A stretch of DNA of 61,496 bases, the filler included, from Actinomycetota bacterium (GTDB lineage: Bacteria; Actinomycetota; CADDZG01; JAHWKV01; JAOPZY01): the NCBI GenBank assembly GCA_025963875.1. It is 8 parts of 8 records of this genome, joined end to end, with 100 filler letters (N's around TTAATTAATTAA, not from the genome) between each part and the next. Parts side by side here need not be neighbours in the genome. Positions count along the whole stretch, not along the records: positions 55,017 to 58,472 come from JAOPZY010000021.1; positions 58,573 to 61,496 come from JAOPZY010000235.1; 6 more parts are not named here. The stretch is one strand, 5' to 3'. The stretch's first letter is position 1. Each line of letters starts with the position of its first letter. Of the stretch, positions 56,291-61,496 are shown one piece after another. Below the pieces are notes generated by a model, which was not told the origin of the DNA, did not search any database, and saw only the letters and a list, made by a program, of their open reading frames with translations. A program made the translations under genes and the position numbers.

Positions 56291-57235
56291 ATGCAGATCC
56301 TCATCGCCGACGACGACGATCTCCTCCGGGAGCTGCTGCGCGAGCTGCTCCGCAGCTTCGGGCACGAGTGCATCGCCGTCGGCGACGGTGAGGCCGCCTG
56401 GCAGCACCTGGTCGCCCACGGCGCAGATGTCGTCGTCAGCGACTGGCAGATGCCGGGGCTGACCGGCGTCGAGCTCTGCGAACGGGTGCGGGCCCACCCG
56501 GAGATCGCCTACCCCTACTTCATCCTGCTGACCGCACGTGGCAACCGGCCCGACGTCCTCACCGCGCTCCGGGCCGGCGTGGACGACCACCTGGCCAAGC
56601 CGGCTGACCTGGACGAACTCGAGGCCCGGCTCATCGTGGCCGAACGAGTGAGGGGGCTGCATCTCGAGATCCTGGAGACCCGGCGGGCGCTGGAGGCGGC
56701 GAACGCCCGCCTGGACGACGCGGCCCACCGCGATGCCCTCACGGGTCTGGGCAACCGGCTCCGCCTGGCCGAGGATCTCCCCAGCATCCACGGACGCTTC
56801 GTTCGCCAGGGCCACCGCTACAACATCGCCCTCCTCGATATCGACCATTTCAAGGCCTACAACGACACCTACGGCCACCAGGGTGGCGATGCCCTCCTGG
56901 CCGAACTCGGACGGGTCATCGCATCCGAGTTGCGCCGGGGCGACCTCGCCTACCGTTACGGAGGAGAGGAGTTCCTGCTCGTGCTCGCCAACGGCACGAT
57001 CGAGGGAGCCGGCATGGGGGCGGAACGCCTGCGCCGGTGTGTGGCCCAGGTGACGGCGGGCTCCCATCTGCCGGGCGCCGCCACGCTGAGCGCCGGTGTG
57101 GCGGAAGCCATGCCGGGCGAATCCATCGAGCAGGTGATCGGACGGGCGGACGGCGCCCTGTACCGCGCCAAGGACGCCGGGCGCGATCAGGTCGTGATCG
57201 ACCGCAGCGTGGCTGAGGAGCAGCCGGTCCGGTAG
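56291..57235 (+). CDS. Response-regulator diguanylate cyclase (REC-GGDEF)
   Basis: LIADDD, DWQMP, DALTGLGNR, DIDHFKAYNDTYGHQGGD, RRGD (RxxD I-site), RYGGEEF. Confidence 0.94.
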   Translation: MQILIADDDDLLRELLRELLRSFGHECIAVGDGEAAWQHLVAHGADVVVSDWQMPGLTGVELCERVRAHPEIAYPYFILLTARGNRPDVLTALRAGVDDHLAKPADLDELEARLIVAERVRGLHLEILETRRALEAANARLDDAAHRDALTGLGNRLRLAEDLPSIHGRFVRQGHRYNIALLDIDHFKAYNDTYGHQGGDALLAELGRVIASELRRGDLAYRYGGEEFLLVLANGTIEGAGMGAERLRRCVAQVTAGSHLPGAATLSAGVAEAMPGESIEQVIGRADGALYRAKDAGRDQVVIDRSVAEEQPVR

Positions 57236-57268
57236 GCCGCTCCGTTTCCGACCAGCCCCTGGTGCGAA

Positions 57269-57311
57269 GTTGGGAGGGAATCGCGCGTATTCGCGCGCTA
57301 GGCTCCCAACC
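57269..57311 (-). repeat. 43-bp REP-like imperfect palindrome, copy C
   Basis: Reverse complement GGTTGGGAGCCTAGCGCGCGAATACGCGCGATTCCCTCCCAAC. Confidence 0.8.
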
Positions 57312-57438
57312 TCCGGCCCTGGCTGGCGTCCGGAGGTCCGGACAAGCCATACCCCGGTATCCCGGCCGGAGCCTCGAGGGGCGCCCAGGGCGCTGTATAC
57401 TCGCCATTCTTTCGCGAGTGGTACGGGAGACTTGGGCG

Positions 57439-58472
57439 GTGCCCGGACGCCAATCCAGCCCCGAGATGGTCGGCAGATCCGCAGAGATGGACCTCCTGGG
57501 CCGTGCGTTCGACCGAGCCGCAGAGGGCCGCGGCGGCGCCATTCTTCTTTCCGGGGAAGCCGGTGTGGGCAAGACCCGGCTGGTGACCGAGTTCGTTGCC
57601 GCCCGTGGTGCCGGCGCCACGGTCCTGGTCGGAGGCTGCCTGGCCCTCGCCGACGGCGCTCCCCCCTACTGGCCGGTGCTCGACGCGCTCCGGACCCTTC
57701 GCCGCCGGGAGGAGGAGCCGGCCCTGGCCCGCATCGCCGCCCCGGGCTTGGTCGATGCCGAGCCCGTCGCCGGGCATGCCGCTGCGGCACGGCCCGAGGC
57801 CGTCCGCGGGGCCGAGGACCAGGTCTTCGAGCCCGTCCTGCGCCTGATCGAGCAGGCGACCAGGCTGGGCCCCGTGGTGCTGGTGGTCGAGGACCTCCAC
57901 TGGTCCGACCGCTCGACCCAGGACCTGCTCACCTTCCTCGCCGGCAACCTCCGCCGGTACCCCTTCCTCTTCATCGGCACGTATCGCAGCGACGCGCTGG
58001 TGCCGGGGCACGCACTCCACACCTGGCTCGCCGAGATGGTGCGCGGGGTCGCCGCCGACCTCCTCGAGCTCCGGCGGCTGAGCCGGGCGGAGCTGACCGG
58101 CCAGCTGAGCAGCATCCTGGGGGCTCCGCCCCGACCCGACATCGTCGATGCGATCTGGACTCGCTCCGGGGGCAACGCCTTCTTTGCCGAGGAGCTGCTC
58201 GCAGCCATGGTCGCCGGTCAGGAGGACCTGCCCCCCACGCTGCGCCAGGTGCTGCTCGCCCGTATCGGCAACCTGAGCCCGCAGGCCTCAACCGTGCTCG
58301 CCATGGTCGCGATCACGGGGTCACCGGTCCGCCACGAGCTGCTGGCCGCCCTCGGGCGCCTCTCCGACGACGACCTCATCCGGGCGATCCGCGAATGCGT
58401 GGACCGTCAGATCCTCCTCGTGGACCCACGCGGCGGCGGCTACACCTTCCGTCACAGCCTCCTGCGGGAGAC
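57439..58472 (+). CDS. AAA ATPase domain regulator (LAL/LuxR-type), 3' partial
   Basis: MVGRSAE, GEAGVGKTRL, VEDLHWSD, TYR, SGGNAFF.EEL, FRHSLLRE. Confidence 0.9.
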
Positions 58473-58572
58473 NNNNNNNNNNNNNNNNNNNNNNNNNNNN
58501 NNNNNNNNNNNNNNNNTTAATTAATTAANNNNNNNNNNNNNNNNNNNNNNNNNNNNNNNNNNNNNNNNNNNN
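58473..58572. other. Artificial contig spacer
   Basis: N44-TTAATTAATTAA-N44. Confidence 0.99.
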
Positions 58573-59150
58573 GCCAGAGCCACGGTCCGCTCGCCGTGCG
58601 GACCGGCGACGTCGATGACGGCGTCGAAGGCGATCAGCGCAACGGCGAAGTCGCCGGGGTAGGTCGCGATGCACGCGTCGCTGACACCGAGGACGGCGTG
58701 CCCAGCATCGAGGCCGCCACGGGCGTCACATCCGCTGCCCGGCTCCCGCTTGTTGCAGGCGTAGGTGGGTCCGCCCCGGAAGTAGCCACACCGGGTGCGC
58801 TGCAGCAGGTTGCCACCGAGCGTTGCCATGTTGCGAAGCTGCGGTGATGCCGCCCGCCACAGTGATTCCGACACCGCCGGGTACTCGGATTTGACGATGG
58901 GATCCTCGGCGACGTCGGACATCCTGGCGCCGGCACCGAAGACCAGCTGGGTCGGCCCGGCGGTGTCGATGGTGTTGAGCTCGGCGAGGCGGTGGATGTC
59001 GACGACCGCCGGCGGTGTCTCGACCTCCAGCCGCATCAGGTCGTAGAGGGTGGTGCCGCCGGCGAGGAACTTCGTGCCAGGTCCCGAGGCGACGAGCGCG
59101 TCGATGGCCTCAGCGACGGTCGCCGGGGCGACGTACTCGAAGGGCCGCAC
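58573..59150 (-). CDS. Xanthine dehydrogenase-family FAD subunit (YagS/PaoB-like), 3' partial
   Basis: FLAGGT, ASPQLRNMATLGGNLLQRTRC, CNKR.PG.GC, CIAT.P.D. Confidence 0.92.
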
Positions 59151-59153
59151 GCG

Positions 59154-59672
59154 TCATGCCTCCGCACGATCGGCGACCTCGCGGATCGCCGCCACGATGC
59201 CGACGTACGCGCCGCAGCGGCACAGGTTGCCGCTCATGTACTCGCGGATCTCGTCGTCGCTGGTGGTGTGCCCCTCGGCGATGCAGGCGAGGCCGGACAT
59301 CACCTGGCCGGGCGTGCAGTACCCGCACTGCAGCGCGTCGTGGTCGATGAACGCCTGCTGCAGCGGGTGCAGCGTGCCGTCGGGGGCCACGACTCCTTCG
59401 ATCGTCACCACCGCCTGGCCGTCGACCTGGACGGCCGGCGTGAGGCAGGAGACCACCCGGCGACCATCGAGATGCACCGTGCAGGCGCCGCACTGGCCCT
59501 GGTCACAGCCCTTCTTCGTGCCGCTCAGTCCGAGACGCTCCCGCAGCACGTCCAGCAGCGACTCGCGCGGGTCCAGGGTCAGACGTACGGACGCAGCGTT
59601 GACCGTGAACCCGGCTACCACCGTGGGCCTTGCCGGGGCGACACCTTCAGGCTGCATTGTGACGGACGTCAC
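59154..59672 (-). CDS. Xanthine dehydrogenase-family (2Fe-2S) subunit (YagT/PaoA-like)
   Basis: GTKKGCDQGQCGACTV, QCGYCTPG, GNLCRC. Confidence 0.94.
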   Translation of the reverse strand: MTSVTMQPEGVAPARPTVVAGFTVNAASVRLTLDPRESLLDVLRERLGLSGTKKGCDQGQCGACTVHLDGRRVVSCLTPAVQVDGQAVVTIEGVVAPDGTLHPLQQAFIDHDALQCGYCTPGQVMSGLACIAEGHTTSDDEIREYMSGNLCRCGAYVGIVAAIREVADRAEA

Positions 59673-59937
59673 GACCCCCTCCTGGTCCGTCGCCGGATGA
59701 CCCCGCCTCTGTCGCGAACGTCACGCTGCAGGTCGGAGGCCCCCGTTTCGCGTCATTAAAGACGCCCCTATCGTACGCCGATGCAGCCGCCGGGTGGACG
59801 AGTTGGGTGAATTTGCTCGCTCATCGACCAACGATCCCGCGGCCATCGCCAAGGGGGTACCAGCGGATTTTCGAGCGCCACCCGGACCGGTTCCTGCTCG
59901 GAGGCATCTCTCAGAACCAGCTCAGGCTACGGCCGGG

Positions 59938-61496
59938 TCACAGGTAGTCGCGGCGGATCAGGTCCTCGGTGGCGAACCATCCCGGGATCGCCGGGAGGTA
60001 CGTCACCACGAGCTGGTTGGCGAGCACTGCCCCGACCGCCGCTTCCTGAGGGACGCCGACGGCGATGAGCGCGCCCGAGAGCCCCACCGCCGAGAGGGCG
60101 GTCCCACCACCGGGGATGGGCACCAGGGCTGCGATCCCGGAGATCGCCACGTTGAGCGCAAGGACGGTCCAGAAGGATACGTGGGCGCCGAAGGCCACCA
60201 GGCAAGCCAAGAGGCACACCCCGAGAAGAAGGGCGACGACGAGGTTCCCGCCCAGCAGCAGGGCAAGGCGTCGAGGGGAGCGCACGGCATCCCAGACCGC
60301 CGAGGCGGCATGCCGGACCGGGGGGACCACAATCCTGCGGAGCATCGGCAGGCCCATGACGAGGGCAGCCGCGAGGGCCGAGACGAGGACCACCGCCAGG
60401 GCGACGGTTGGGAGGCTTCCCGGGGGGAAGTTGCCGACGTGGATGGCATGGGGCGAGAGCGCCACGGCCACGAGCAGCAGCGCTCCCCAGGCCACGGCGC
60501 TCCCCACCGTTGAGAGCAGGCCCCCGGCGGCGATTGCGGTCGCGAGGTCGGAGCCGTGGTGCTGGAGGTACCGGACCTGCATGGCCGTCCCCCCCATCGG
60601 GACCGCCACGTTCGAGAGCGAGAGCGCTACCTGCAGCTCGATGGTCGGCCAGAGGGGGAGGCGCTGGGTGACGGTGCCGAGCAGCGCCACCCCATACGCG
60701 ACGTTGGTGCTCATGGAAATGGCGAACGCCGCCGCCAGCCAGTTCCACCGGGCGTGCCGCGTGGCTGCCGCAAGCTGGGCCGGGCTGCCGACGGCGGCGA
60801 GCAGGCCCCCGACCGCCAGGAGCGTGCCGACGGCCAGGAGAAGGTTGGCGCCGCTCACCCTGCGGAGTTGCTGCAGGGCCGGAGGGGCCGTGCCGGTGGC
60901 GGTGGCTCCCGTCTCCCGGAGGCGGGAGAGCAGGTCCGTCCCGGCCTTTCGGGACCCCAGCGCCGACCTGGTCTGCGGGGTGAGTGCCGCAGGCTGGAGC
61001 AGGGGCAGGGCGGGGGCCACGTGGAGACTCTCGGCGCCGGCCATCGCCGAGGCGAGCGCCCGTTCGGGGCCGACGACGGAGGCGAGAGAGGCGAGCAGCT
61101 CCGCGACGTCTCCGGCGACGGAGGCTCCCGCTGGCGTGCTGCGGGCGATGTCGAAATGGGTGAGCGCCGGACCGTCCGCAGTGACGATCACGGCATCGGC
61201 GTTGAGGCGCCCGTGGAGGAGGCGGGCCGAGTGCAGCAGTCCGGCCTGGCGCCAGATCCCGGCGAGAAGCTCGTCGCTGACGAGGCCGAGTTCGATCTCC
61301 GAGAGGCGGACCCCCTTCGACTCGCACAGTGCCAGGATGGCGGCCCCGGGACCCGCCATCCCGGCGGCGACCACGTCCGGTGCCCGCACGCCGGCATTGC
61401 GTGCCACGAGCACGGTGTACGCCTCGTGCTCCACCTCCTGGAGCCGGGTGAGCTGCAGCATCCTGCCGTTCTCCTTGTACAGCAGCGACCGCCAGA
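59938..61496 (-). CDS. Membrane protein with kinase-like region and lysylphosphatidylglycerol synthase TM domain (5' partial)
   Basis: QEVEHEAY..A.P.VVAAG, LH..RLLHGRL, DVAELL, then TM domain with PIPGG and TYLPAIPGW; frame open to window end. Confidence 0.82.
   Translation of the reverse strand, partial: WRSLLYKENGRMLQLTRLQEVEHEAYTVLVARNAGVRAPDVVAAGMAGPGAAILALCESKGVRLSEIELGLVSDELLAGIWRQAGLLHSARLLHGRLNADAVIVTADGPALTHFDIARSTPAGASVAGDVAELLASLASVVGPERALASAMAGAESLHVAPALPLLQPAALTPQTRSALGSRKAGTDLLSRLRETGATATGTAPPALQQLRRVSGANLLLAVGTLLAVGGLLAAVGSPAQLAAATRHARWNWLAAAFAISMSTNVAYGVALLGTVTQRLPLWPTIELQVALSLSNVAVPMGGTAMQVRYLQHHGSDLATAIAAGGLLSTVGSAVAWGALLLVAVALSPHAIHVGNFPPGSLPTVALAVVLVSALAAALVMGLPMLRRIVVPPVRHAASAVWDAVRSPRRLALLLGGNLVVALLLGVCLLACLVAFGAHVSFWTVLALNVAISGIAALVPIPGGGTALSAVGLSGALIAVGVPQEAAVGAVLANQLVVTYLPAIPGWFATEDLIRRDYL

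Noticed and set aside
8208..57790. Long antisense or alternate-frame ORFs (e.g. 8208-9746, 20153-22234, 30139-31992, 35517-37745, 44657-47122, 54965-57790)
   Set aside because: Shadow ORFs typical of high-GC DNA, overlapping well-supported genes
14003..58572. Seven identical TTAATTAATTAA motifs within N runs
   Set aside because: Artificial six-frame-stop contig linkers; ORFs ending in X or LIN are artefacts and adjacency across them is meaningless
59673..59937. Moco riboswitch upstream of XDH subunits
   Set aside because: CTCCGAG and GAAAC...GCCTCC words occur on the minus strand but the closing CCCGT...GGAAAGG part is missing; needs an Infernal search

Overview
High-GC Actinomycetota-type DNA. 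The window is not one molecule: it is eight contigs joined by seven artificial 100-nt spacers (N44-TTAATTAATTAA-N44), so gene neighbourhoods hold only within a contig. Contig 1 (1-14002) is accessory DNA with three same-orientation ~250-280 bp repeats. Each has a promoter, the 5' half of tRNA-Ala(UGC) ending at the anticodon loop, and 11-bp direct repeats on both sides. They look like attP-type junctions bounding integrase-less cargo blocks (secreted protein plus TA pair; DUF2252, PucR, DUF308, lysophospholipase, AI-2E). Contig 2: divergent ScbR/ArpA receptor and AfsA/ScbA synthase (gamma-butyrolactone-type signalling) with ARE-like operators, one covering the etfBA promoter, then a lipoprotein, an RnfD/UnbU-like protein and an FtsX-like permease. 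Contig 3: M23 peptidase, MerR-menG-menF, bioA, fused bioF-bioD. Contig 4: IS630 end, 2-hydroxyacid dehydrogenase, a CMD/PNPOx/TIGR03086/nitrilase/cupin operon opposite a SARP-ATPase regulator, vapC and alkA pseudogenes, isochorismatase, LLM oxidoreductase, a candidate small selenoprotein (Cys-UGA, SECIS-like hairpin, His-rich tail) and a secreted protein. Contig 5: choice-of-anchor-P-like protein, TPR protein, SGNH hydrolase, DUF5996, an SDR/XDH junction, GT2. Contig 6: pstB end-phoU-regX3, SCO5389 family, macro domain, NlpC/P60, HAD, epimerase. Contig 7: hybrid kinase, REC-GGDEF, AAA regulator. Contig 8: xanthine dehydrogenase-family subunits and an LPG-synthase-TM protein. A 43-bp REP-like hairpin recurs on three contigs. 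All family calls are motif recognition by eye; no searches were run.
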